From positions 1 through 64,000 of the forward strand of contig JAANOX010000117.1 in the NCBI GenBank assembly GCA_020184695.1: 64,000 nt of DNA, in the 5' to 3' direction. The position numbers and the translations under genes were made by a program. Shown piece after piece: positions 10,495-24,600 of this stretch. Position 1 is the stretch's first letter, and each line of letters begins with the position of its first letter. The notes under the pieces are model-generated. The model saw only the letters and a list, made by a program, of their open reading frames with translations. It searched no databases and was not told where the DNA came from. Source of the stretch: Histomonas meleagridis 2922-C6/04-290x. Taxonomy: Eukaryota; Protista; Parabasalia.

Positions 10495-10959
10495 AATAAA
10501 TACATTTAATCAAAGTAATAACAATTTCTTCATTTGATGAATTAATTAATCTTTTGCATATACCATAAAATGTAAGCATAATAATATTTGATTTTGTTTC
10601 TTTAAATTTAAAAAATAATTCATTAAAATTATAGTATGTGATAAAAACTCATTATTCATTATACTATTTTCACATGTAAACAAGTTAATTGATAAGAAGT
10701 TAATTACATAATTACAAATGTATAAAAACAATATTTTACAAACAAAATAATTTCTAATCATTTCCTGTCGCAGGTGTCGTTGTACTCAATGTCATAACAT
10801 GCACAGCATCTCATAGCACTTGCATTTTCGAGTTTAATGATCATCCGAAAACACAGCTAACAAAGAATTAATTGCCTCAATCTCAGTACAATTCATAAGC
10901 AAAATATTTTCTACATGTTACCTTTTGAAAAAACTCTCTCTCAAAACAAATCCAAATTG

Positions 10960-11180
10960 ATGATAAAATGAGTCATTTGAATCTCTCAACAAATTTACTA
11001 TTTCTGCATTACCATTTTCAGATGCTTTCATATGTGCTGTTTTAAATAATTTGAATAAATTCCAATAAATAATTTGAAATCCAAACTCATTAAAATAAAT
11101 TTTAAATTTAATATTAAAATATCATTAACATTAATATCATTTCTTGTTCTAAAATAAATTTAACAAGCTCAATATTTCCT
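10960..11180 (-). pseudogene. Orphan ankyrin fragment carrying one 80-nt long-class insert
   Basis: Minus strand reads GNIELVKFILEQE..DINVND, an 80-nt gap (11120-11041), then TAHMKASENGNAEIVNLL. Confidence 0.75.
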
Positions 11181-11455
11181 AAATGAATACTTTAATTAAA
11201 TTTTTTATTTTGGATTTATTTTTGTGTTATGTAAGTAAATGAAAACCTTGAATTAATTACAATTGTATTAATGTTTCGATTTCATAAACTTTTTCAATAT
11301 TGATATCAAAAAACATATTACCACGAAGTAATTTCAATAACTTTTTAACATTAGACATGTGCAATGTGAAGATTTCAAATATGGAATTTTTGCCACTTTT
11401 GTTTATATGGATCGATAATTCCAAAAGCATCACAACAACAAAACATTTATTTTAA

Positions 11456-12058
11456 ATGGTTGACCTAACATAAAAACCACTTGTAATTAAGGAAATTATT
11501 AAAATATCGCTTGTTGGTGGTAACTCTGAGTATAGGAATACATTTATGCGTATCTATTTTCAAGGAAACTTCCATGAATTTTATAAGACAACAATCGGTG
11601 TAGACTTTGGAAGTAAGGAATATCCAATGGGCGACCAAATTCTTGTTGCTCAACTTTGGGATATTGCTGCTCAAGAACGATATGGAAATATGATTCATGT
11701 GTATTATCAAGAATCTGTTGGCGCAGTTATTGTTTTTGGTGCTAATCATCCAAATGAACTTGATTTTGTTGAATTGTGGAAAAAAGATATTGAAACAAAA
11801 GTATTCACGTCAGAAGGTAAACCAATTCTTATACTTTTGGTAGGTTGTTTGAAAGGGGATGTAGATGAAAGATGGAAATCTATGGAAGAAAGATATCGGA
11901 AATATAGTGAAGAAAAAGGATTCATTGGATATTTCACAGTTAATCTCAACACAGGATCAAATGTTGAAGAATCTATTTCCTCACTTGTTAAGTATGTGTT
12001 AAACCACATAATAAATTATTTTGAAGTAATTTATATATTTATAAAAAAAAATTCATGA
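11456..12058 (+). pseudogene. Atypical Rab32/Rab7L-like GTPase with degenerate nucleotide-binding motifs and an early in-frame TAA
   Basis: YKTTIGVDF, QLWDIAAQERYGNMIHVYYQESVGAVIVF are Rab32-like. ATG at 11456 is followed by TAA at 11471; G1 reads GGNSEYRNT and G4 reads GCLKGD. Confidence 0.65.
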
Positions 12059-12159
12059 AAAGAACATATTATTTATTAGAAAGGAATTTTTAATTATTTT
12101 TAATCGTTTTTGAATTAAAATATATTTAACGTATTTGGGCTGAAAAGAAAAATGAAACA

Positions 12160-13503
12160 ATGAAGTCAAGTAATTACAAAAAAGATGAAGAAATAAAACT
12201 TGAAAACTTTATCGAAGCACACCAAGATTTTAGACCAGGTGATTTAAGTATTTTAATTTCTAATAACTCCAAACAGTTATTTTCGGAAGAAGTTGAAGTT
12301 CAATATTCAACGTTAAATTGGTTTCTTTCTGTTATTCAAACACAAAACGTTATGATTACACCAGAAACATTTCATCGTATTTTAGATTTTTCATTTTCTA
12401 CAGATTTAACACTTCAAAATAAGTCACTTGAACTTATTCATTTATTATTAAGTTATCCATCTCATATGCTTGACATGTCAATAGCAGAACGAATTATCTT
12501 ATTAACACGAAGTATTTTTCCAACAGATTCTTCACTTCGTATTCTTTCAAATTTTTCACTTTATGGTACATGGACACAAACACTTATATATGTTAATGAA
12601 TTTATTCCATTACTTATTGAATTTGGACGAAATTGTTCATCAGAAACAACATTTTTATATTTTACGACACTTTGTAATAATATTTTACTTCCAATTCCAA
12701 ATATTAATCAACATATTCAAGAAAATTTAAAAGAAATCATTGAACTTTTTAATATTATTTATGAACATATTTATTTAATTAAAGAAGAAAAATTTCAAAA
12801 TATTGCATTTTCATTTTTTGAAAATTTTATTGTTTCGAATGAATTTTTATTAGAATATTTTATTAATAATAATTTTCTTAAAATCTTTTTAGGATTTGAT
12901 ATTAATGATTTTAATATTATTAATCATATTATAATCATAGGACAAGAGATTTTAGAAGGAAGTCAAAACGGGATTCGATATCTTTTTTCGATTCATTTTG
13001 TTGAATGGATTTCTAAATATCTTGAAAATGAAATGACGATGGAAAAATCATTTTTATTTTTATCACATATGTGTTTTTCATATGAAGATACGACTGAAAT
13101 AATTTTTAAAGAATCATTTTATAAACTTGCAGCATCAATAGTTGTTAATGAAGATAATAAATTTCGTAATAAAAAAGCAGCATTTGAACTTTTAATTGAA
13201 TTTTCATCTAAAATTGATGAAATTTCATTTCTTGAATTTATAGGAAATGGATGTTTTAAGATATTATTTGAATATGCGGATGTTTTTTGTGAGACAGAAC
13301 GATATTATTTAATTCGTTCTATTTCAAGAATTATTTCATTTTTAAATAATGAAATTGTTCAAGAAACAATTAATGAAATGCGGAACAATGAAAATTTTAT
13401 TAATTGGCTAACAGAAGGTAAATTTGATAAAGATTTAGAAGCTAGTAGATTATCACGTTATGCTTTAGACTCCATTTGTTATTGTGGTAAAGAAGAAGAA
13501 TAA
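12160..13503 (+). CDS. Hypothetical protein, probably ARM/HEAT-like alpha-solenoid
   Basis: 447-aa intact ORF with a helical Leu/Ile/Phe-rich pattern; no diagnostic motif. Confidence 0.6.
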   Translation: MKSSNYKKDEEIKLENFIEAHQDFRPGDLSILISNNSKQLFSEEVEVQYSTLNWFLSVIQTQNVMITPETFHRILDFSFSTDLTLQNKSLELIHLLLSYPSHMLDMSIAERIILLTRSIFPTDSSLRILSNFSLYGTWTQTLIYVNEFIPLLIEFGRNCSSETTFLYFTTLCNNILLPIPNINQHIQENLKEIIELFNIIYEHIYLIKEEKFQNIAFSFFENFIVSNEFLLEYFINNNFLKIFLGFDINDFNIINHIIIIGQEILEGSQNGIRYLFSIHFVEWISKYLENEMTMEKSFLFLSHMCFSYEDTTEIIFKESFYKLAASIVVNEDNKFRNKKAAFELLIEFSSKIDEISFLEFIGNGCFKILFEYADVFCETERYYLIRSISRIISFLNNEIVQETINEMRNNENFINWLTEGKFDKDLEASRLSRYALDSICYCGKEEE

Positions 13504-13562
13504 AAACGATATGAATAAAGTATCAAAATTAAAAAAAGTTATAAATTTAATTTTTATTTCCA

Positions 13563-16500
13563 ATGAAAGAAGGACAAAATGAACAAACACTTACTAAAGA
13601 ACATCTTTTAGAATTTGTTTTAAAATCACTTGAAGGCAAAAATTCAATTCTTGAAACTTATCCAATTTTATCTTCAAACTTTCCAGAGTATGAACCATCA
13701 TATCTTTTCAATACTATTATACGACAACAATCATATGTTTTAATTTGTAATAATCGATTAAATGAAGCATCACGTCTTCTCGAAAGTATAGGAGAATCAT
13801 CAACAGATTTTTTTTATAATATTTGGCGTCAAACGACACGTAATAATACACGAGCAATTCTTTATGATTATCTTCATAAGCGTTCAATACTTACTACTAA
13901 AGATGAAGAACATCATCGAATTCTTTTAAAACTTACTACTACATATCCTAATACCTCATTTTTACGATCATTACAACTTAGTAAATCACCAGCTATTAAA
14001 TTTCTTGAAAACACTCTTGAAGAAACGCCATATAAAACACTTGAAGAACTTTCCAAACATTGCGATGGTTATAACATTACAATTTTTCCGGAACTTTTTC
14101 CTATTCCAGAAGAACCAATTGTTAATTCGCCATTATATTTTGTTGGAAGTATTTCACTTATTGAAACACAATATCCGAAAATGCTGAAACTTTTACAAGG
14201 AAAAGGTTCACAAGTTGAACGTTATTGGCTTATAAAATTTATAAATCTTTATTATAAAGATTTAAATGAATATGAACGTGAAACATTTTTAAATTTATTA
14301 TGTAACAATGGATATTTTTGTGAAGAAGAAATTAATAATTTTGAGTTATTATTAATTCGAATTAGTAAAAGTAAACATCTTTTTGAACAACAATGGTGGA
14401 ATAAAAGTACACTTTCATTTTCTAATTTCTTTAAAGAATATTCCAAATATTGTGGCGAGAAAAAACTTTTTCTTCCATATGAAATGTTTATTCTTTCACA
14501 TCCGAAAAGTAAAGATATTAATATTAAAGATGTTTCAGATCCGATGATTCAATTTATATGGAATTTATGGGTCAAACGCGATATCTCATTAGCATCACAG
14601 TCATGTATGGAAATGTTAACTAATAAAAAAATTAATCAAAATAATTTGAACGAAATATGGAATAATCTTCCGAAAGATTCATTAGCGCCTTTAGCTTCAT
14701 TAATATGGAATAAAGATCCAACACTTTTTAAACCTAATTCTAAAGAAATTAATGAATTATCAGAACATTTCAAAGATAATTATCCTCTTCTTTCGACATT
14801 AATTAAAGGAGAAATTCCACATCCGACAACTAAAGTAATTGACCCACCACAAAGTAAATGGCGTTCACCAATTTATACATCGAAATTTGACTTAGAAGTC
14901 CATGATTTGATTGAAACGCATTTTGAACAATTCGATTTTTAATAAAATATTTACTAAATATTATGGGCAAACATTAAAGCAGCCACCATAGCCGCACTTC
15001 GATCATCCAGAGTTAATTAATTCTAAACATGAAGCGCCATATTTTTATTATATTAAATCATTATTACCAATTAGTGCATTTCAACAAGCGAATGAAGATA
15101 ATATTAATGAAAATGAATTTAAAGAAATTTGTAACAAATGTATTACAGAATCATTTCAAAATGTTCAAATTCGTTTATCAGTTTTAACATTTATTGAATT
15201 ATTTGATATTAAATTTAACAAAGATTCATCGATTGATTACAAATTAATTATAACAATTTATGATAACTTAAATAATAACAATAACAATAATAATAATAAC
15301 AATAACGAAATTATAAATGAACTTTTAAAGATTTATAATGATAAAAATCAAAATAGTGTTAAAGTAATTCAAAATAAATTTAATGCGGAAAACATTGAAC
15401 AATTTTTATTAATTACATTATTACGATATCGTTGCAAACTTTCTATTGATTATTCGCCGATTGTTTACTTTGCGCAACAAAATCGACCAGCGGAAATTCT
15501 TTTATTCATTGATCGAAGCAAAGAAATTGGGGGTTTTTTATAATAACAATGAAATCTCAGATATTATCACAAAAGAAATGCCGAATAATCCACTTAAAGA
15601 TCATCTTTTGTATTATCTTACGCAGAAATTACCGAAATATGAAAAAGAAAATGACGAAATAACGAATAATGAAAAAGAAGAACCCGCATTAATTATATAT
15701 AATGCGATTCATCAAAATAAAGAATCGAAATATATTTTATTATTAAAAGAAGCACTTAAACGGAAAAACAAATTATATTCCATCATTGCATATTCGATTG
15801 AAGGATCGAATTCGATAATTTGTTCATTAGTTACACTTATTACAATATCAGAAACATTTCAAGTTCAATTTGAAGAAATAAATTTCAACAATCCGAAAGA
15901 AAACGTTAAATTATTATTAGAAATCTTTTTTTAGAATTATTATTAAAACATAAATCAGAAGAAGTATATAAAACATTAGAAATATTTAGTGAAACGTCAA
16001 TTTTAACAAATATTTCTAATTGGTATCATTCAGTTGAAATATTTGCATTTAAACGGGCGCAACTTTCACTTAATAAAATTAATAATAAACTTGAATCGAA
16101 TATTGACGATGAATTAATTGGTCAAATTGAACGAGAAGAACTTGAAGAAATTCTATTTAAGCTTCAAGATTCATTAGCTAAATATTGTTCGAATAAGTCA
16201 CAAATTCATTTGTTTCGTTATTTACAACTTTTAACAGATACAAAAGTATCGAAATTTTTAGAATTACGTGTAAAACTTGTTGAAGTTATTGAAACGTTTG
16301 ATGACTTTCGTCAAAGTATTATCAACACAGATTTACTTGGAAGTTATGAACGAATTGTTACAGACTTAACATTACATCATTCATTATTACTTGGACAAAA
16401 AGGCATCGAAATGTTTTGGCATTTCTACATCATTAGTTACCGATGAATATCTTAAATATCAATATACGACAGTTAATACTATTGACGAATTACTTAAAGT

Positions 16501-18384
16501 TCATAATAAGATCACGAAAACTATACAAAACATTGATCCATATTTTTATATTTCGATGTTTTGGATTATTACTTTCGTATACACAGCCAATGAATTTAAT
16601 TGAAATATTAAAATTTTCACTTAAATATTTCAAAGATAATGAAGACAATGAAATCCAAAATAATGTTAAATCATTAATAAATCATTTAGAAATATGTGAC
16701 AAATTTCATAAAGAAGTTCCTGAAGATCGAAACAATAAAATTCAACTTAATAACATCTTAAAAATATTATTTCCAACGATATCAAATATTAATGAAATTA
16801 AACGCGAAATTACATTTAATATTAAAAACTCCAATTTTATATTCAGAAGAATCAATTCAACGATTTCTTGAGTCTACGATTGACTTAAGTATAAATTATT
16901 GTTCAGACCATTTACGAATTACAGATGCGCGAAATCTTTGTAAATGGCGAAATCGAAATTCGCGAAATATAATAATTCTAGAGACATTACAAAAATATAT
17001 TTAATGATATGAAACTTACAGACGAACAAACAGAAATTGTTAAAGAATATGGAACAATTGATGACATCGAAGGACTTTTATCTGAAATATCGAAAGGAAA
17101 AGAAAAACGATTTAAAATTATTTATTTAATATATAAAATATCGAATAAATTAAAATGGAACAAAAATGAAATATTAACTAAAAAAGTTATTGATATCCTT
17201 AAAAATGAAATTATATTCCAACGAGAAAATTGGGGAATAATCAAAGAAATTCTTCAATTAAGTGATTTAAGTATCAAAGAAAGCACCGCAGCAATTGTCG
17301 AAACATTTATTATTAAAACGCCGAATTTATTAACAGAAGAATTCCAAGAAACATTCATTGAATTTAGTAACTTAAGTGGCGATCAAGAAACATTTGGTGA
17401 AATATTATTTAATAAGACGCGAAAGATGAAACATGACGAAGAAAACATATCGAATGTTATAAACAATTATCTTCATTCATCGATATGCACCATGAAAAAC
17501 ATTGATGGATGTTCAGAGATATTAAATAATTATTATAATATATTAACGAAAGATAATAACAATTTCGAACTTATTCATAAAATGATAATAATATTTCCGA
17601 AGCCAGAACTATTAATTAAATATATCCAATATATAATAATGAATAATCAAATCGATTTATTAATACAAGAAAACAATTTAACAAAAAGACATTTGTCATT
17701 TGATAATAAATTGTTATCGACACATGCGCCAAATTTGCGAACCACAAAAATTGTTTGACTTAACACTTAAATTTCATCTTTATCGCGCGCACGGTGAATT
17801 ACAAATGGAATATGCCGATTCGCTGTTAAGCAATAACACGAACAAAGCGCAGCTTCAAGAAGCGTCGAAACATTATTTACTTTCGCTTTCGTATTTCTTA
17901 CATGAGAAATGTTATAGTCTTTCGATGCGATGTCTGAAGAAACTTTCGCTTATATCACTTCAAGAAGTGAATGAAAATAATTTAATAAATCTTCAGCAGA
18001 AAGAAGTCTTCGATTTGATGTGTACAAACGATTTTTCATGTTCAGTTATACTTGGAATTGCATATGATATGGACAACGAAGAAATTTGGTGAAAAAGTAA
18101 TATTCAGACAATGCATCATGAACGGCAACGAAGAGTTTCTGAGTAACTTCCAATTGTTTAAGCCAATTACGTCGAATTTATGTATATCAGTTGCAAAGGA
18201 ATATCAAAAAGAACAAAACAAAGAAATCGCAAAAGAAAAAATGAAACAATTTTTGTTGAATATATCAAATTTGATCGAAAGATATAAAATTGCAAAAGAA
18301 TTACATTTTAATGATATCATAGAAACAATGAAATCGACATATCCGGTGGTATGCGAATGGTGTGAAAAAATATTGGAATATTAA
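13563..18384 (+). CDS. Spatacsin (SPG11)-like protein, broken by about 9 frameshifts and one in-frame TAG
   Basis: Consecutive ORF pieces rejoin at short homopolymer-type sites. The C-terminus ASKHYLLSLSYFLHEKCYSLSMRCLKKLSLISLQ...KVIFRQCIMNGNEEFLSNF resembles the spatacsin C-terminal domain from recall. Confidence 0.6.
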
Positions 18385-18608
18385 AAATGAATTTGTATTT
18401 TATTTTGTTTTTTTGAATTTTTTTCGTTTTATTTTCAAATAGTTTCTATGAACGTTAAATATTTATATTGCAAAATATAAATATAATACTGATGATTAAA
18501 TATTTTTTGTTAGAGTAATTTTAGAGCACCTGCAAAAGAACTTTTTTATTTTTGTTGTAAAGTATTCAAACATATCGTTGATTTGGTAGCGCCATTTTCC
18601 ACTTTTCC

Positions 18609-21600
18609 TTGAAATCGATGATAAACCTTAAAAGATTCCGTTCCAAACAACAACATCCTAATTTACCCATATTTGATTTAATAGATTACTACTTTGAACT
18701 TCGTTCAAAAAAAGCAGATATCCCAAATACTTTTCCAGAAGAATACAAAACTTTTATGAGTATTTCGAAACTCGAAAAAAATGATTTATCACGACTTTAT
18801 AAAATGGGAACGGAATCAAGCAAAATAGTCCAAATGTTTTGCCCTAAGTTTTTGTATGATCCAAATATATTAAAGCATTTACTTCAATTTTATGAAACCA
18901 AGAGAGAAGTTTCAGAACTCTATGTTGTTATTGTATGTTTTCAAACATATTCATTTCTGTATTCTAAGGATAAAAATACATCACCTCAAAAATCAAATTA
19001 CATTCTTCTTTTAAAATGCATAACAAAAATTGGTTCAACGCCCATAAGAAAGAATGTTAATCTTATTGCAGAAGAATTAATCATGTGTTCAATGAAATCC
19101 GCACAATTCAAATGGAGTCAAGATGTAATTCTTTCTACATTAAATTATTTTTCATCCAATAAATACAATGAATCGGATGGAACCAATTTAATGGTCCGAT
19201 TTTTCCAAATGATTTTAATCAATGCAATACCGGAAATCTCGGTGACCATTTTATCGATAATTTTTTCGGAGATTGAGCGAAAAAACACGTATATATTTGA
19301 ATCGCAAAATATACAGAAACTTATTTCCATTTTAAATCCATTTTTGCAATCGTTAAATAGTATTGCATTAAGAATTTTATTCAAAAGTTCAGAACATATA
19401 CCAAAAGAACTTTTGACTGATTCATATTTTCTTATAATAACATCGTTATTTGATTTAATTAATGGGTCGAGTCAAATATTTCAAATTGATGAAAAAGAAT
19501 CCGAAAATAATAATAATATTTTAGTTATTAATTCTAATTATTCTTTAGCTGATATCAATTTTGAGTTTAATGATAATGTTTTCATTGAGAAAGAATTTGA
19601 TTTTTATGAGACATTTAAAAATATAAAGAATTATGTAAACATTAAAGAAATGATTAATGCAAATGTTCTTTTGAAAGTTCAAATAATTTCTTCGTGTTTA
19701 CAATCTGTACAAGATATTAATATAAATTGTTTAAATATATTTTTTGATTCTTTTATTAAACTTTTAAAGACTTGTAATGGAACTACATATATGTTACAAT
19801 CTTTTGTATGTTTTTTATATTTGTTACAATTTTTTAAATATAATAAATTCATTGAAAATAATTTTAATTTTATTATTGATTCGTTTTTAATGAATCCTTT
19901 AATTAATGTGTTTAATGAAAATTATGAAATAAATATTTATATTAATTCATTAAGAAATTATTTTATTGATTTATTAATTAATATTGATCAAAACTTAATA
20001 TCAAAATTATTAATTTTAATTGAAGATAAATATTTTCTTTTTACTGAGTTTTTAATTCGTATTATATATAAATCAAATAAAATTAATTTTAATGTATTTT
20101 GTAATAATAATTTCATATATTCTCTTGTAATAAATTCTGTTAAATTAAATGAATATTATAAAACGAATAAAAATTCAATAATTTTTAATTTAAGAAATAC
20201 ATTGTATTATTTTATGTCGATTTTATTAAATAAACAAGAAACATTACATTATATTTTTACATCTAAAATCTTTATTATTGGATATTTCCAATATTTATTT
20301 GATTCATCATTTACTTTAACTACAATTTATACTTTTAGAGATTCGACACTTTCATCAAAGAAAGAAATTAATTTCGAACATATCGTATCAATGTTAAATA
20401 AAGTGTTTTTATCTATTTATAATAATTATAATAAAAATGATCTTTATCAACAATTATATATTCTTTTATTACAAAATATTATAATACAATTTCAACATCA
20501 ACTAAACTCTTATTTATCCGAATCAACTATTGAAACAATAACTAAAATATATTTATTCAACACAACAAATCCGAAAATTTTAGAATATATATTACAATTA
20601 TTATCGAATAATTTTGTGTTGAATAAAAAGTTTGTTTTAAGTAAAAAATTATTCAATTTATTATATAAATCTATAAAAGTTACATATAATAATGAGCCTT
20701 CATTTGTTGTCGAAAAATATTTATTTAATTTCCTTCATGGTAGTTATCGTTACAAAAATTCGAAATTTTTAATTTTGTTTCCTTCTGTTTTACCTTTAAT
20801 CATTTCTATATTTGGGAAATCGAAACGAATTTTAACAATATTATCATTAATTGAAAACTTATGTAATTATTCTGATTATAATAAAAGAGCTTGTCATGAA
20901 AGTAGTTTAGATTTAATATTATTACAATACATTGGTTCAATGGAAGAAGAAACAATTATAACGTATAAAGGAATTGAATTCCCGATATTTATACCAAAAA
21001 ATGATAAAAATAATGTATTAAATTTATTGTCATTAATATTACAATCGAAATCAAGTAATGTCGAAACAAGTTATATATTAAAGAACATAATAAAAAATGA
21101 AAATAAAGAATTATGTTTATATTTAGAAAATATTTTATCTGAATGTCATTTAATACCTAAACCTCGTTTTCCTTATTATATTGGACGTGGTTCCCAATTT
21201 ATAATAAATGGAATTGATTCATCCAAATTAATAAATGGATTTACTATACATTTTATGTTAAATCTTGACTTAAAATTAATGAAGAAAAGTAATGCGCAAT
21301 TACAAATAATGTCAATAATTGATAGTGAAGAATCAATGATATCATTAAACATAAATAATTTAATATTTGATATCCAATTCCTTTATGACGTAACTTTAAC
21401 GACAATTCAACTTTATAAAAATCTTCAATGTAATAAATGGACAAATATTACATTAACTTTCCAAATTAATGGAGATGAAATTATTATGAAATTTTATATT
21501 GAAGATGAACTGATAAAAGAAAACAAATTAATTCAAGAAGAAATGTTAGCAAATGGAAACGTACAAATTAAATTTGGTGATAATCAATCCTCAAAAGGTT

Positions 21601-24600
21601 GGAAAGATTGTATCTATGGATATATCAGTAATATTCAAATATTTCCATATAATTTTAATCATGAAGATATTAAAACATTAATAACATCAACTAAACGAAT
21701 CGAAAACAAAGCGATTTTTACATCTTCAATTTTTAATAATAATTTGCAACAAGATAATAATACATTTGTTATTTCACAAGAAAGAAGTTCATTTATTAAT
21801 AGTATTAAACAAGTTGTTGCTACTTTAAATGATGGATTCGATGCATCGCCTTCGATATTAGATAAAATGATTGAAGAAAATCGTAGTAATTATTTAACAA
21901 AATTTTTCATTAATTTCGATAAGTTTCCTGTTGAATATTCATTACAAATATTAAATATCATTGGTCAGTTATTATATAAAAATAAGAATTTACAAATGAA
22001 ATTTAATAATATTGATATAATATTAAGTTGTTTATATAAATATCCGAACATGTTAACATCTAAATTTTATCATTTTTTATATGATTTATTAAATTGTATA
22101 AAGTTAAAAACTTTGTTAAATAATTTCGTTTCAAATATAATCATTAATCCATTTATATGGATAAAAGGTAATTCATATGATTTTTATTTAATAATATATC
22201 ATTGGAATTCTATTGTATATCAAACATATCCGAATTTACTTAAAGATTCATTAAGTTTTTTAACTTTATTAAATAAATTCTTAGTAATATTCGGATTAAA
22301 AGAAGATGTTGAAAACAAAAAACAAATTTTAAATGAAACATATACAAATGAAATAACTAATAAGTGTATTGATTTATACTTAAAGTTTTTGACTAAATTT
22401 GCTTTTATTTCTTTAAATGAAGAAGATGTTAAAGGTTTATTTACTCATATGATAAAATATAAGAATAAAGAAATCATTTTAAAGCTTTTACAATTAGTTA
22501 TTAATATTTCTTCATGTATTTGTAATCCAACCATATTTCAAACCGAATATTTATTATGTTTACATCGTTTAATAGATACAAATGATCCCGAAATTATCGA
22601 ACGATGTTTAACTGTTTTATTAAAAATATCAGAAAATGATAAATTTACTTTTCATACAATTGTAATTGCATATCAATTAAATGTTAAAAACACACAATTA
22701 TTTGATCGAATTAATGTAATGTTTTTCATTTATCCGAATCTTTTTACGTTTTATTGTTTTTTGTCTATAATTTTAGGTAAAGAAACTTATGATATAATTT
22801 CGGATAATCTTGTAAAATTAACACTTTTGGATAATCTTGATATAAAATTATATCATAATTGGTATATTTGTCCTATTTTTTTAGCATTTCAAACAGAAAA
22901 AATCCAAATGAGAAATATATTTCAATTCATTTCATTTATTTTGTTTAAAAAATCTGAGAATTTCTTGAATGATATAAATGGAATTTATTCATTTGTATTA
23001 TTCTTATATTGTTTATATCAAAATAATAATGCGCCAATAATTTTTTTATCTTCGATTAATGAATATTCTGATAAAAATAATCAATTACATAATGAGTTAA
23101 TAAAAAGTATTGGTTTTATATTCACTTTTTATAAGATTATTGGATTTAATAGTTTAATAGTTAAAGTTAGTTATGCTGAAAACCATAAAAAATTGGAAAC
23201 AATAGTTAATAATATTGATATTAATTCATTACATTTAGAAAAGAATCAAAAAATTGATACAATATTTTCATCATATGTATCAAATATAATACAAAACAAT
23301 GATAAAAATGATATAATTACAAATATTTTTTCAACAATTGATAATGAACAAAATAAAAATGAAATTACTTTTATTGAAACTAAACGAAAATATTTCGAAG
23401 AAATTATAATTGAAAAACTTAAAACAATTTTTACATCTTTATCAAATGAAATTAATGATATTAATCAAATATTATCAAATCATACATCAGATATATCTAA
23501 AAGTTCCGAAAGAATGATCATCAATGAATATCATAACTATTATAATTCACCAAATATAATAAATAATAAAATTAATAAAAAGCAAGTTCATGATTTAACT
23601 GTTTGTAATGACTTTTGTATTCCACGAATGAAAATATCGAATTCTAAAAAACATTTTAATATTTATAATGAAGATAACATTGAAATAACTAAAACTTCAC
23701 CATTATTTCAAATTAAAGCAACATTAATTAATCCTTTACGAATGACTAATATCACATTTGAAATACATAATAATTATTATGCTATAATATCAATACATAC
23801 TAAAATAATACCTAAAAATTTAATAAAATATATTTATTATCGTAAATTTATGACTGGACTTGAAATATTTTTAAAGTCTGGGAAAAGTTATTTAATAAAT
23901 TTCCATACGAATATAATTGAAATTGTGAATAAATATAACATTCCAATTATATCTATAATGGAAACAAAACAAAAAATCATCGATTCATGGTTAAATCATG
24001 AAATCTCTAATTTCGAAGTGATAATACAATTTAATATATTATCCGGTCGAAGTTTTAATGATTATTCACATTATCCAATCTTTCCTAATATCTTAAAATC
24101 ATTTGATAATTATAAACCTCGTGATCTTAATGATATCATAAATATAACATCTGGAAATATTAACCCACAAATTGATATTAAAACTGCAATTAATAATAAA
24201 GATATATTACCCGCTGATTTCTTTTATTTTCCTGAATCGATTACTGTTTTACCGAATTGGGCCGAAACTAAATTCGATTTCATTTATAAACATCGGAAAA
24301 TGCTTGAATCGAAAGAGATTACAAATAATTTAAATAAATGGTTAAATCAAGTTTTCATTAATAATAATATTATGTCACATATTCCTTTATTAGAAGTGGA
24401 ACTCTTAAAACGTTCCGCGTTTATTATATCACAAAAATTCTTCGAAAATATAAATCTTGAATTAAATAATAAAAAAATCATTTTCTCGAAAATTAGAAGA
24501 AATTTAATAAAAGTGATAACTTTCGACAATTATTTATATACTTTTTCATTTAACTTTAAGGAATTAAAAGTTATAAAACAAAATCAAATTAAAATCGATA

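Noticed and set aside
10546-10930. Coding-like minus-strand fragments next to the ankyrin gene
   Set aside because: Stop-riddled and without a recognisable domain.
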